Below, piece after piece: positions 19,740-29,648 of a stretch of 64,000 nt of DNA (its first letter is position 1; every line of letters begins with the position of its first letter). The notes under the pieces are model-generated. The model saw only the letters and a program-made list of their open reading frames with translations, did not search any database and was not told the origin of the DNA. The DNA is from Promethearchaeota archaeon. Lineage in GTDB: Archaea > Asgardarchaeota > Lokiarchaeia > Sigyniarchaeales > SOKP01. Position numbers and translations under genes: made by a program. The stretch is from the NCBI GenBank assembly GCA_048940925.1, contig JBHLOC010000025.1, forward strand, positions 1 to 64,000, in the 5' to 3' direction.

Positions 19740-21539
19740 ATGATTAAAATGAGTGAAAACGAAATCACATGGGATTTAACGGAAATATTTGCGAGTTATG
19801 ATGACCCAAGGATCACCGACACAATTAATAGACTTTCAAAAAGTGCTGATGATTTAATAAGAGATTATAAAGGAAAAATCAATAATACTGACTTTAATTC
19901 TCAAAAACTATTAGAACTTTTCGAAAAACATGAGAATTTTCAAGCAGATCTCAATGAAATTAAACTCTTTACAAATAGATTATATAGTGCTAATATGACA
20001 ATTCCAGAAAGTGAAACATTGAAGAATCGAGTTGAGGATTTTGAAACAAAAATATCGAAGGATTTAGCATTTTTAGAATTAGAGGTTGCAAAATTTGTAG
20101 ATAAAAATCCAAATGTAATTAATGATCAAATTCTTACTAACTACAAGCATAAGTTGGAAAAAATAAAAAGAGCTTATCCTCATTATTTATCTGAAGTAGA
20201 AGAACAACTAATCCTTGAGAAGGATCAATATGGTATTAAAGCATGGAGTAATTTGCAGTCTAAATGGTTGAACACGAGGAAAATAATGGTGAATGTTGAA
20301 GGTGAAGATAAAGAACTGTCATATGGAGAAGCTAATGCATTACTTACTCACCCAGATAGGAAGACTAGAATTTCAGCAAATAAATCTATTTATGGATTGT
20401 TAGGAAAAGAGGAGTATGTTTTTTCTTCAGCCCTTAGAAGTATTTGTGGAGATTGGATTAAAAATTCTAAAAGACGAAAATATGACAGTCCTATGCATAA
20501 TAGTCTCTTAGTAAATGATACAACTCAAGAAATAATCGATAATTTGATGAAATCAATAGAAGAAGGAGTAAATATTTATCGTAAATATTTATATCTTAAA
20601 GCAAAAATTTTAAAACTACCAATTCTAAGCTGTGCTGATGTACGTGCGCCATTACCAATTGCACCACATAAAAAATATTCATGGGAACAAGCAAAAGAAC
20701 TTGCAATTCAAGCTTATGAAAAATTTGATACTGAATTCGCTACTATTGTGAAAGAAATGTTTGATAAAAAACATATTGATGCAAGTCCTAGAAAAGGTAA
20801 ACGAAATGGAGCAAATTGTGCTTCGTGGTATAAAGGTAAATCTGCTTTTATTCTTCTGACTTATACTGGTAAATTAAATGAGATTTTTACACTTATACAT
20901 GAGCTTGGACATGCTATCCATGATTATCTCGCAATAGAAGAACAAACATATTATAATATTCATCCAGGATATACTGTAGCAGAAACAGCATCAACCTTCG
21001 GAGAGCTATTAGTAACAGATCTCCTTATTGAGAGAGCAGATTCAAAAGAAGAAAAGATGGCGATTTTAGCCCATGTATTAGATGAAGCAGGACAAGGTGC
21101 GTTCCAAGTGAGTGCAAGAGTTTGGTTCGAACAAGATCTTTATAGAGCAATTGAAAGAGGCGAAAATTTAGACGGAAAGACAATTTCCAAATATTGGTGT
21201 GCAGGGAGAAATCAAATATATGGAGACTCTGTTGAGTGGTTTGACGAGATGGATTGGGAATGGACGATGAAACCACATTACTTCATACCCAATTTTCGGT
21301 TTTATAATTATCCATATGTCTATGCACAACTATTCGTGTATGCATTGTATCAAACATTTAAAAAAGAAGGTAAAGAATTCGTTCCTAAATTTAAAAAACT
21401 TCTGAGAGCTGGAGGTAGTTTGGCACCAGAAGAGTTAGGAGATATTGTAGGACTGAATATCACGAAGCAAGACTTCTGGGAATTAGGACTAAAACAATAT
21501 GAAGATTTTGTCAATCAATTGGAAGGGTTAATGAGATAA
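19740..21539 (+). CDS. pepF: Oligoendopeptidase F (M3B)
   Basis: TLIHELGHAIH zinc motif, AETAS, PHYF..FYNYPY. Confidence 0.92.
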   Translation: MIKMSENEITWDLTEIFASYDDPRITDTINRLSKSADDLIRDYKGKINNTDFNSQKLLELFEKHENFQADLNEIKLFTNRLYSANMTIPESETLKNRVEDFETKISKDLAFLELEVAKFVDKNPNVINDQILTNYKHKLEKIKRAYPHYLSEVEEQLILEKDQYGIKAWSNLQSKWLNTRKIMVNVEGEDKELSYGEANALLTHPDRKTRISANKSIYGLLGKEEYVFSSALRSICGDWIKNSKRRKYDSPMHNSLLVNDTTQEIIDNLMKSIEEGVNIYRKYLYLKAKILKLPILSCADVRAPLPIAPHKKYSWEQAKELAIQAYEKFDTEFATIVKEMFDKKHIDASPRKGKRNGANCASWYKGKSAFILLTYTGKLNEIFTLIHELGHAIHDYLAIEEQTYYNIHPGYTVAETASTFGELLVTDLLIERADSKEEKMAILAHVLDEAGQGAFQVSARVWFEQDLYRAIERGENLDGKTISKYWCAGRNQIYGDSVEWFDEMDWEWTMKPHYFIPNFRFYNYPYVYAQLFVYALYQTFKKEGKEFVPKFKKLLRAGGSLAPEELGDIVGLNITKQDFWELGLKQYEDFVNQLEGLMR

Positions 21540-21645
21540 ACTCTGTCTAAAAAACATATCATAAAAATTTTCTTTAAATTTTTTATTCAAATATTCTTTT
21601 TTTATCATAGTTTTTATAAAAATTTACTAGGTCTAAATCTTTCGT

Positions 21646-22281
21646 GTGTTTTTTATGGAAAAAAAAGAAATTGTCCGTAAGGGCTATAATAAAGTAGCTA
21701 AAAAAATTCAAGAAATCGATGGCTTAGAAAAGGATGGATTGGATGAATGGAAACCGTTTTCTGAATTTATGGATCGAGTACCGTTAGGTGGTTTAGTATT
21801 AGATGCTGGTTGTGGTAATGGATCATATTCATGTTATTTAAATAAAAAATGTGATGTAATTGGTGTTGATATATCTGAGAAACAAATCGAGTTAGCAAAA
21901 CAAAACGCGCTTAAAGGTAAATTTATTTGCATGGATATGACCAGACTTGAATTTCCTAATGAATTTTTTGATGGAATTTTATCTTACTATTCTATAATTC
22001 ATATTCCTCGGGATGAACATTATGATTTGTTAAAAAATTTTTATCGTATGTTAAAAATACACGGAGTTTGTTTACTCACTTTTCACATTAATAATGATCC
22101 AGAATCCTATGCTGAAGATTTTTTTGGTTCTGGGAGTTTAATGTATTGGAGTGGATTTGATAAAGATTTTAATATTAAAATGCTTAGAAATATTGGATTC
22201 AAAATTATTTGGTCAAAATTAATAAAAGAATCCTCTACGTTTGGAGAAGATTTTCACTTATTTGTATTTGTAGAAAAATGA
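21646..22281 (+). CDS. Class I SAM-dependent methyltransferase
   Basis: VLDAGCGNG, GVDIS, FFDGILSYYSIIH. Confidence 0.9.
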   Translation: MFFMEKKEIVRKGYNKVAKKIQEIDGLEKDGLDEWKPFSEFMDRVPLGGLVLDAGCGNGSYSCYLNKKCDVIGVDISEKQIELAKQNALKGKFICMDMTRLEFPNEFFDGILSYYSIIHIPRDEHYDLLKNFYRMLKIHGVCLLTFHINNDPESYAEDFFGSGSLMYWSGFDKDFNIKMLRNIGFKIIWSKLIKESSTFGEDFHLFVFVEK

Positions 22282-22439
22282 TTTTTGTTGGAACCTAAAA
22301 TATTAGCCCAAAAGGTAAAGAAAGACCTCTTTATAAATTCCAGAATAAATCTCTTTTGTTACAAACTTATAATCTAATGATTCCTGAGATTTAATACCTA
22401 ATTTCCATTTATGACAAATAATTTTAATAAGCTGAGAGA

Positions 22440-23005
22440 TTTAATCAATATCTTGTCGATCTACTAAATTTGCTTTAAATTTTCTTACTCCTGCGAATAT
22501 TTGTTTAATATCAATACTAAATTTACTTGAGAAATTACATTAGATCGAAGATGGTATTTCTGATTTCTTAATTTTCTCACCGAAAAATTTTGCTTTCATC
22601 GCAGCTGTGAATGGAGCTCTTGCCATGGGTGCCCCATATGTAAAATGCATAGCCATGGCAAGAGCTTTAAAAATTTGGGTCATATTTACTTTTCCGTCTT
22701 CTATAGCAATTGATGGAATGGTGGTATTGAGATTTTTCTTTTTAATCATATCAATATGTCAAACTTCAAGTGCTTCTAAGTATGCTGTTGGAATTGAGCT
22801 ATCGTTAATCATACTTATGGGACTCATCCCTGTACCTCCATCAGCACCATCAAAAGTCATTCCGTTAACCTTTCCATCATCATTTAATCTTAATGTTTAT
22901 GTTGTTGCTACTGTTCTACATGCACCTGCTTTATAAAAATTTATTTTAGTTCCACTTGAGCGTAATTGATCAATTTCATCATAATTTGATTGATAAGACT
23001 CCATT
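22440..23005 (-). pseudogene. Pseudogene of an FMN-binding glutamate-synthase-family protein
   Basis: One frame reads ...KAGACR...*...TFDGADGGTGMSP...IPTAYLEA...*...TQIFKALAM...MARAPFTAAMKA...*...IKQIFAGVRKF; contains internal stops, deletions and an internal inversion. Confidence 0.85.
22615..22666. repeat. Perfect 14-bp inverted repeat flanking an inverted 24-bp segment
   Basis: AGCTCTTGCCATGG (22615-22628) and CCATGGCAAGAGCT (22653-22666). Confidence 0.9.
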
Positions 23006-23053
23006 GAAAATATAGTTATATCTGTTTAACTGTTCTTATGTTGTTGTATTTAA

Positions 23054-23071
23054 ATGGGAATTGTTACCCAT
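23054..23071. promoter_or_regulatory. Palindromic operator ATGGGA-N6-(A)CCCAT upstream of the gltB pseudogene
   Basis: ATGGGAATTGTTACCCAT. Confidence 0.6.
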
Positions 23072-23302
23072 TATTTGTGATATAAATTAGATTTCAATCT
23101 TAAAAAACTTTAGTATTATAAATTACACAATTTGTTAATAATTTCAAAAAAATTTATGATAATGATACGAAATTAAGATTGAATCATTTAATAAATTTTA
23201 AAAAATTGTTTCAAAATTAAACATTGTTTTATGATAAAATATCAAATATAAAAATTTAATATTTAAATCTGAACAATTTTAAGAAAAAGGAATGATAAAC
23301 GT

Positions 23303-24136
23303 TTAAATTAGTTGACTACAGTAATTCATAGCAAAAGGTCTTTTAGAAATTGGTTTAATAGCTTTAAAAGGTTTTTTTCTAATAATTTCGAGGGAAATAT
23401 TGAATGTTTTACAGAAATCTTTTATATAAAAGTCGATTTCTTTCTGTTCTTCTTCTAAAAGTTCAGAAACTTGTGCCCCAACACCTAACCAACCTTCGAC
23501 ATTTTTATCCGTTCTAAGATAAATAACGCCTCTATGAATCCCTGTTCCTAATTCTGTTCCACAAATAGGCTGTTGATTCTCAATAATTGTGCCATTTGGT
23601 AAGAATTTTAGACCAAGCACAATAATTTTACCACCTGCCATATACTCGCCCAAGAAATCTTTAGCTGTGCCACCGATTATTAAAATAGGAAATTGATTTT
23701 TATATTCTTTCATATGGATACCAACTCTATAACCCACGTCTCCCTTGACATAGATTTTTCCACCTCTTGAAGATAATCCGATAACATCCCCTCCATCTCC
23801 ATAAATTATTAATGTTCCTTCATTCATTGTATTTCCTGTTTGATCCTCACAATTCCCAATAACACTAATTTTAGGACCATCCATAAAAATTCCTAAATCA
23901 TTACCTGGAACTCCATTAATAATTATTTCTACATTTCCTTGTAAAGCTGCACCTATAAATCTCTGCCCACAAACATTGTTTAATACAATATTTTTACAAT
24001 TATTTTTAACGGCATCATTGATCATAGAATTTAATTCTCTATAGTCAATTGGTTCTCCATTTGGGGCAGCATTTATCTCTAGAGGTTCTATTCTATCCAT
24101 TTCAAAATTTTTAACTTCAATATCATTCATTATCAT
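23303..24136 (-). CDS. gltB3: Glutamate synthase domain 3 subunit (GXGXG beta-helix, GltB3)
   Basis: GQRFIG, GNDLGIFMDG, GYRVGIHMK, FLGEYMAGG; start could also be 24154. Confidence 0.9.
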   Translation of the reverse strand: MIMNDIEVKNFEMDRIEPLEINAAPNGEPIDYRELNSMINDAVKNNCKNIVLNNVCGQRFIGAALQGNVEIIINGVPGNDLGIFMDGPKISVIGNCEDQTGNTMNEGTLIIYGDGGDVIGLSSRGGKIYVKGDVGYRVGIHMKEYKNQFPILIIGGTAKDFLGEYMAGGKIIVLGLKFLPNGTIIENQQPICGTELGTGIHRGVIYLRTDKNVEGWLGVGAQVSELLEEEQKEIDFYIKDFCKTFNISLEIIRKKPFKAIKPISKRPFAMNYCSQLI

Positions 24137-24140
24137 AGTT

Positions 24141-25661
24141 TTATTCACCAGCATGTTTTACTCCTAAAATATCCGCAATATGCGGATTTGGACCAATATA
24201 CCTTAATCGGTCTCTATTTGAGCGAAGAGATTCCACAGAATCTATTCCCATCGCTCCTAAAACTTCCTTTAATTCTTCATTCCAAGAATGAAATAAATTT
24301 ATGATTCTTTTTTTTGAAACATCAATATCTAATCTCTTCACTAAAATTTCTTGCTGTGTTGCGATACCCCATGAACAAAGACCTCTAAAGCATTGCTGGC
24401 AGACTCGACATCCCATTGCTATTAATACCGGTGTACAACACATAGCTATATCTGCCCCTAATGCAATAGCTTTGATCAAATCGGCAGAATATCTAATAGA
24501 GCCCCCAGCAATTAATGTTATCTCTTCTCTCAATCCTTCTTGCCTTAACTTTTCATCAACAACTGCAATGGCTATCTCAATAGGGATCCCTGCATGATCT
24601 CTAATAATTCTTGGCGCAGCACCAGTACCCCCTCTAAAACCATCAATTGTTAGGAAATCGGCACCACCTTTAACTATTCCTATCGCAATTGGGGCTGAAT
24701 TATGTACTGCCGCAATCTTTACTCCCACAGGAACCTTATATCTTGTTGCTTCTTTTAATGCTGCTATTAATTGAGCTAAATCCTCTATTGAATAAATATC
24801 ATGATGAGGATATGGAGATAATGCATCACTTCCCTGTGGAATCATACGCGTTTGCGAAATTAAATTGCTTACTTTTTCACCTGGGAGATGGCCACCGTGC
24901 CCAGGTTTTGCTCCTTGCCCTATTTTGATTTCTAGACCTGCTGCATTATGTAAATAATTAATATCCACACCAAATCTTCCTGATGCGACTTCAGTAATAA
25001 TATTTGGAGCATATTCATAAAAATCTGGATGTAGACCCCCTTCTCCTGAACCTGCTACAATATTTAATTCTTTTACTGCTTGATATATTGCTTGACATGC
25101 ATTGTAGCTAATTGACCCTAAAGACATATGACCAACCATAATTGGCATATCTATTTCAAAATTAGGAAAGAGATTTGTCTTTAATGAAATATCGTTAATA
25201 TCATCATAATCACCTGAAAAATTAAGCTGCTTTAACTTTCGTCCAAATATTATTTTAGTTTCTATTGTCTCTCTCAATGGATCAATACTAGGATTTGTGA
25301 CTTGGCAAGCGTCAAGAAGTAGGTCATCAAAGATGGATCTAATCGGTCTATCATTGCCCGTTGCTGAAAGTAAAACGCCTCCATTTCCTGATTGAGCCCA
25401 AATTATATTTCTAATTTTTCTAGTATAGTTACCATGTTGGGGTAAATAAGCATCATTTTGAACAATGCGTATCGCCTTTCCTGGGCACATAACTACACAT
25501 CTTTGGCACGCTACGCATTTATTGTCATCAGCAATTATTCGTTCTCCATTGAAATATAGTACTCCAAATGAACAATTATTTACACATCTTTTACATTTCT
25601 TACAATTCTCTTGATTAATATTTACTCTATAATAAGGGAGAATCTCATGTACTATAGCCAA
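24141..25661 (-). CDS. gltB2: Glutamate synthase domain 2 subunit (FMN-binding, N-terminal 2x[4Fe-4S]; GltB2)
   Basis: CKKCKRCVNNC/CVACQRCVVMCP, EIKIGQGAKPGHGGHLPGEKV, HHDIYSIEDL, CRVCQQC...C. Confidence 0.95.
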   Translation of the reverse strand: MAIVHEILPYYRVNINQENCKKCKRCVNNCSFGVLYFNGERIIADDNKCVACQRCVVMCPGKAIRIVQNDAYLPQHGNYTRKIRNIIWAQSGNGGVLLSATGNDRPIRSIFDDLLLDACQVTNPSIDPLRETIETKIIFGRKLKQLNFSGDYDDINDISLKTNLFPNFEIDMPIMVGHMSLGSISYNACQAIYQAVKELNIVAGSGEGGLHPDFYEYAPNIITEVASGRFGVDINYLHNAAGLEIKIGQGAKPGHGGHLPGEKVSNLISQTRMIPQGSDALSPYPHHDIYSIEDLAQLIAALKEATRYKVPVGVKIAAVHNSAPIAIGIVKGGADFLTIDGFRGGTGAAPRIIRDHAGIPIEIAIAVVDEKLRQEGLREEITLIAGGSIRYSADLIKAIALGADIAMCCTPVLIAMGCRVCQQCFRGLCSWGIATQQEILVKRLDIDVSKKRIINLFHSWNEELKEVLGAMGIDSVESLRSNRDRLRYIGPNPHIADILGVKHAGE

Positions 25662-25663
25662 TT

Positions 25664-26857
25664 TTATACCTCCATTTTAGATAAATTATGTTTTATCAAT
25701 GGTATTTCAAGACCATTTTTAATTAATCCTTTCCCCTGTTTAGCTATAACAACAGATCCACTCTTCGGATGCCAAATATCAAGCAAATCGAATTTATCGT
25801 CATCAAGCATCAACCTTCTAAAGGAGGATTCTTCACTGCTCATATACACAGTATTCTTATCTTCACTAATTCCAACTACTAAAGGCCGTAGTTTTTTTCT
25901 ATCAGATAATCCTATCATAGTAGGAATAGGATCTGAATAACCAACAACAATAGAAAACGGTCCATTCAACATAGCACTTCTATAAGTTGCTCTTATATTT
26001 TTGTATATTACTTGAGTTTTATTATCTAATTTTTCAATTTCTTCATATAATGGTGGTGCTAAAGCAATAGCAACGAGAGGTATTGGGATTTTATGTTTAC
26101 GGCATAATAAGTCAAACAGATACGCGATAACTTCTGTGTCAGTAAAAAGAGTACATTTATATCCAAACGAATCTAAGTACCTTTTATTTGTTCCATAGGA
26201 TGTTATCTCACCATTATGAACCACCGAACAATTTAATAGATTAAATGGATGTGCCCCGCCCCACCATCCAGGAGTATTTGTTGGAAATCTTGAATGTGCC
26301 AACCACATATACGCTTTATATTCTGAAATTTTATAAAAATCTGCAATTTCATATGACCAGCCATTACCTTTAAAAACACCCACATCTTTGCCAGATGACA
26401 TCACAAATGCATTTTCAATATTAGCATTGATAGCCATTACTATTTGGACTATTTTTTCATCGTTATCTTCGTTATTATAGTTTTCTGGATCAAAGAACAC
26501 TCTCCAGATTATCGGAGGATTGATCACCTCAGAATGCATCTTTGTTGGTATAGGCTCCGATTTGATTATTTTACCATTTTTTTCCAAATATTTTAGGGTA
26601 TTTGATTTTGCATTTTCATTGTCAAAAAGAAAATGAAATGCATAATAATTTTTATATTCAGGATAAATTCCGTATCCCGCAAAACCCGCACCAAGACCAT
26701 TTTCTCTCTCCTTCAAAATACATAACATTTCAATTACTTTATCCCCTGAAACTCTATTCCCATCAGTGTTTATAAAACCAGATATTCCACATCCATCAAA
26801 TACTCGCTGATTTCTATATTGTGCGGGTAAAGATGTATAATTTTCCCATCTCATCAC
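25664..26857 (-). CDS. gltB1: Glutamate synthase domain 1 subunit (class II glutamine amidotransferase, GltB1)
   Basis: Propeptide then CGISG, HSRFPTNT...GAHPF, VHNGEI, TDTEV, DRKKLRP. Confidence 0.93.
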   Translation of the reverse strand: MMRWENYTSLPAQYRNQRVFDGCGISGFINTDGNRVSGDKVIEMLCILKERENGLGAGFAGYGIYPEYKNYYAFHFLFDNENAKSNTLKYLEKNGKIIKSEPIPTKMHSEVINPPIIWRVFFDPENYNNEDNDEKIVQIVMAINANIENAFVMSSGKDVGVFKGNGWSYEIADFYKISEYKAYMWLAHSRFPTNTPGWWGGAHPFNLLNCSVVHNGEITSYGTNKRYLDSFGYKCTLFTDTEVIAYLFDLLCRKHKIPIPLVAIALAPPLYEEIEKLDNKTQVIYKNIRATYRSAMLNGPFSIVVGYSDPIPTMIGLSDRKKLRPLVVGISEDKNTVYMSSEESSFRRLMLDDDKFDLLDIWHPKSGSVVIAKQGKGLIKNGLEIPLIKHNLSKMEV

Positions 26858-26860
26858 TTT

Positions 26861-28219
26861 TCACTCTCTCATGTTTGAAGAATCCGGTTTTATGTTTTCA
26901 TTCTCTATAATATTAAATAGTTTTTTCAAATCTCCAACTTTAGGTTTATTAGTTTCTAACCCTACTCTATTACGGGCTGATTTTGATAATAAACCAATAA
27001 TTCCTTTCTGATAAAAGGAATAGAATTCACGTGCATATCCTTTTGTAGCATATCCTCGCTCTGTCGCGAGATTACGTAAAATTGAAAAAATTTCAATCAT
27101 ACCAACTCTCATAGGACAAAGCTCATAACATAAATAACAATCAAGACACAGCCAAATTGACTGATCAGATATGACCTCTTCAACTCTTCCTTCAAGGAGC
27201 TTATAGACAATTTCGCTTGGTCTGAATTCGGTCAATTTTGATATGATACAGTCATCGTCACATGCTCTACATGAATAACATTTGAATAAGAAATTAGGAT
27301 CGAAATATTTTCTTATTTCCCTATTTTTTGCTTTAATATCTTCAATTTTTTTAAAAAGTGATTTGACTTGCGTTCTGTGGTACTTTTTCATCAATTCTCG
27401 AATATTAATCTCTAGGGCAATACATAATAATTCTGAATAATATAACACGGGAATATCGTAATTACGATCTTCTTTTTTTAAATCTTGTTGCAAATGATCA
27501 AATTGAATAAAACACTGAGGACAACACACAACAATACAATCAATCTTATTCTCCTTCATACTTAATAATTTCGCATTAATTATTTCTAATGATAAATTTG
27601 GACTCCCAGCTCTCCCAAGACTTCCTCCACAACATTCCATTTTAAATTCATAATCAATACTTTGAGCACCTAAATCTCTAATCAAATCATCAAATAAAGT
27701 TGGCTCAAGTGGATCATCAGTCTGTACTTTATTGCTTGGTCTAAGGAAGTGACAACCATAAAAAACCGCAATCCTTAACCCCGTTAATGGAAACTTTAAA
27801 TTATCTTTTATCGTCTCCCTTCTGAATTTGAAAACGAATTCGACCAAATGATAAATGTTACAATCTCCACGGACTTTAAGATCAATTTTATCCAAATATT
27901 CATTGATCTTCTCTTTTAAATGATGATCTTCTTCAATTTCACCTTTCACTTTTTTGAAGGTTGTAAAACACCCATTACAAGGAGTTAAAATAGCTTTATT
28001 CTCCATCTCAGCAAGACTAAGATTTCGAGCTGCCGTTAAATAGAACAACAATTTATTAGAATTTTTAATCCCATTCGGCTCAGGACAACAAGAAAACTTT
28101 GAATTTTCAGTAAAAGCAATCCCTAAATAATCTAATACATTTCTTATTGAAACTTCTATAAAAGGAAGCCGATATGTTATAGTGCATCCTGGGAATAAGA
28201 CTATCTCATGATTAATTAT
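26861..28219 (-). CDS. Heterodisulfide reductase HdrB-HdrC fusion; N-terminus extends beyond the ORF-track start, apparent ATA/ATT start
   Basis: Frame upstream of 28051 reads IINHEIVLFPGCTITYRLP...FSCCPEP (first CCG domain). Second CCG domain FYGCH/ECCGG/CCPQC; HdrC clusters CYSCRACDDDC and CLDCYLCYELCP. Confidence 0.88.
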   Translation of the reverse strand: MINHEIVLFPGCTITYRLPFIEVSIRNVLDYLGIAFTENSKFSCCPEPNGIKNSNKLLFYLTAARNLSLAEMENKAILTPCNGCFTTFKKVKGEIEEDHHLKEKINEYLDKIDLKVRGDCNIYHLVEFVFKFRRETIKDNLKFPLTGLRIAVFYGCHFLRPSNKVQTDDPLEPTLFDDLIRDLGAQSIDYEFKMECCGGSLGRAGSPNLSLEIINAKLLSMKENKIDCIVVCCPQCFIQFDHLQQDLKKEDRNYDIPVLYYSELLCIALEINIRELMKKYHRTQVKSLFKKIEDIKAKNREIRKYFDPNFLFKCYSCRACDDDCIISKLTEFRPSEIVYKLLEGRVEEVISDQSIWLCLDCYLCYELCPMRVGMIEIFSILRNLATERGYATKGYAREFYSFYQKGIIGLLSKSARNRVGLETNKPKVGDLKKLFNIIENENIKPDSSNMRE

Positions 28220-28409
28220 TTTAAACCTCTTTAATTATATTAAGTTATTTTAAAAGATTTTGAAAGATTTATGTAAATAGGCTAAATAAATAACATAATT
28301 TTACTTAGCTAAATGATCTACCTTATTTACTCCTATTCTAGTTATATTTATTTGAGTCTTTATCATAATTTTTTTCACTTTTTTTCTTAACTTCAAATAA
28401 AAACTAAAC

Positions 28410-28919
28410 TTATTCGTAGATAAGAAGCTTTTTCGTCCTATCCATTTTTTGATTATTATTTACAGCTGAAAATACATATGATTCATATTCATTTTTCTTG
28501 AGTTTTTCTAAATGGGATCCTTCTAAAATTAATTCATGACTATCTAATTCTGATACGAATAAGTCCATACACGCAATTCCAGTATCACAATTCCAATTAG
28601 GTTCTTTATGTTTCGGCCCAAAAATCCTTCCAAACGGTATTGAACTATGTTCGCATATATGGATAATATTCCTGCCATAAGAATATTCCTCTCCACATTC
28701 TGGACATTCGATCATTTTTGAAATTAATTTGCTTCTTTGGTCTAGATTACTTCCAAATGCAAAATAATTAACTTCTAGAAAGTTATCGCACCTCCATTTA
28801 TAGTCATATCTTTCATCTTTGGAGCTCAATCCGCTTTTATTGGCAATTTCTTCACAATCTTGGCATATTTTTCTGTCGTAGTAAATCTTTTTTCCACAAA
28901 ATTGACATTTCAATGACAT
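28410..28919 (-). CDS. Zinc-finger protein (two Cys-rich modules), C-terminal LIYE; paralog of 32940..33341
   Basis: CQFC...CQDC and CPEC...HIC modules, each followed by WxCD. Confidence 0.8.
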   Translation of the reverse strand: MSLKCQFCGKKIYYDRKICQDCEEIANKSGLSSKDERYDYKWRCDNFLEVNYFAFGSNLDQRSKLISKMIECPECGEEYSYGRNIIHICEHSSIPFGRIFGPKHKEPNWNCDTGIACMDLFVSELDSHELILEGSHLEKLKKNEYESYVFSAVNNNQKMDRTKKLLIYE

Positions 28920-28939
28920 TTTTATTCAATTCTCCAAAT

Positions 28940-29206
28940 TTAGATTGCTTTGTATAGACGTGGGCGTTTATTATAATATATCTCGAGTTTTTCAGGCATT
29001 TTTCTCTTAATTCTGTTTATAACATGCACAACTCCATTTCTGTTATGCCCATATCCCATAGCAGCTGCCCACTCCGCTGCTGTTGAAACTCCAATCTCCT
29101 TTAGTTTATCCAAGCATATCTCTTCCCACGTTTTTAGTACTATTTGATTCTCTATTTTTATCACTCCATACTTTTTATTAACAATTTTAAGTGCATTTCT
29201 AATCAA
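28940..29206 (-). CDS. Small winged-HTH protein, putative regulator
   Basis: WEEICLDKLKEIGVSTAAEWAAAMGY...VVHVINRI...RPRLYK fits a wHTH pattern; 20 bp from the zinc-finger gene; true start may be further downstream. Confidence 0.7.
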   Translation of the reverse strand: MIRNALKIVNKKYGVIKIENQIVLKTWEEICLDKLKEIGVSTAAEWAAAMGYGHNRNGVVHVINRIKRKMPEKLEIYYNKRPRLYKAI

Positions 29207-29213
29207 AATAATG

Positions 29214-29231
29214 ATGGGAATCAGATCCCAT
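29214..29231. promoter_or_regulatory. Perfect palindromic operator ATGGGA-N6-TCCCAT directly upstream of the wHTH gene
   Basis: ATGGGAATCAGATCCCAT, about 30 bp downstream of a minus-strand TATA-like CTTTATTAA (29269-29261). Confidence 0.7.
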
Positions 29232-29648
29232 TATATTATATAATAAGATAAACAAGCTCCTTAATAAAGTTTAGGATTAAAAACTAAACATTATTGCATT
29301 ATTTAGCAAATTTTCTTAAATAGATCGACAAAATTATATTCATCTCTAAATAAAAAATTATAAAAAAAAATGATTAATCTGAATAATGTTCATTCTAAAA
29401 ATATCTTTAATTTAAATTTTATGGAAATACTCTAAAAAAATTTCAATAAACGGAGGTTTTTATTTAATTCCTTTTAGTGGAGTAATAAACCTAAAAATTT
29501 TTAGTTTTTTGAAAAATAATTCTAAAGTTATCATGACCTAATGATTTCATGAATTAAAATTTCCAAGTTTATGCTTTTGAGAGCAATATTGCATTTTTAA
29601 TAAAAACAAATTGAAAATAACAACCATTCAACAAATCAAATCGTCAAT

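Noticed and set aside
19300-19740. Genomic island integrated at the guaA 3' end (a known hotspot in bacteria)
   Set aside because: No integrase and no duplicate of the guaA 3' end were found in the window.
22607-22936. 109-aa plus-strand ORF containing ALAMGAPYVKCIAMARA
   Set aside because: Not a gene: the protein-like stretch is the inverted segment of the minus-strand gltB pseudogene; the rest is antisense.
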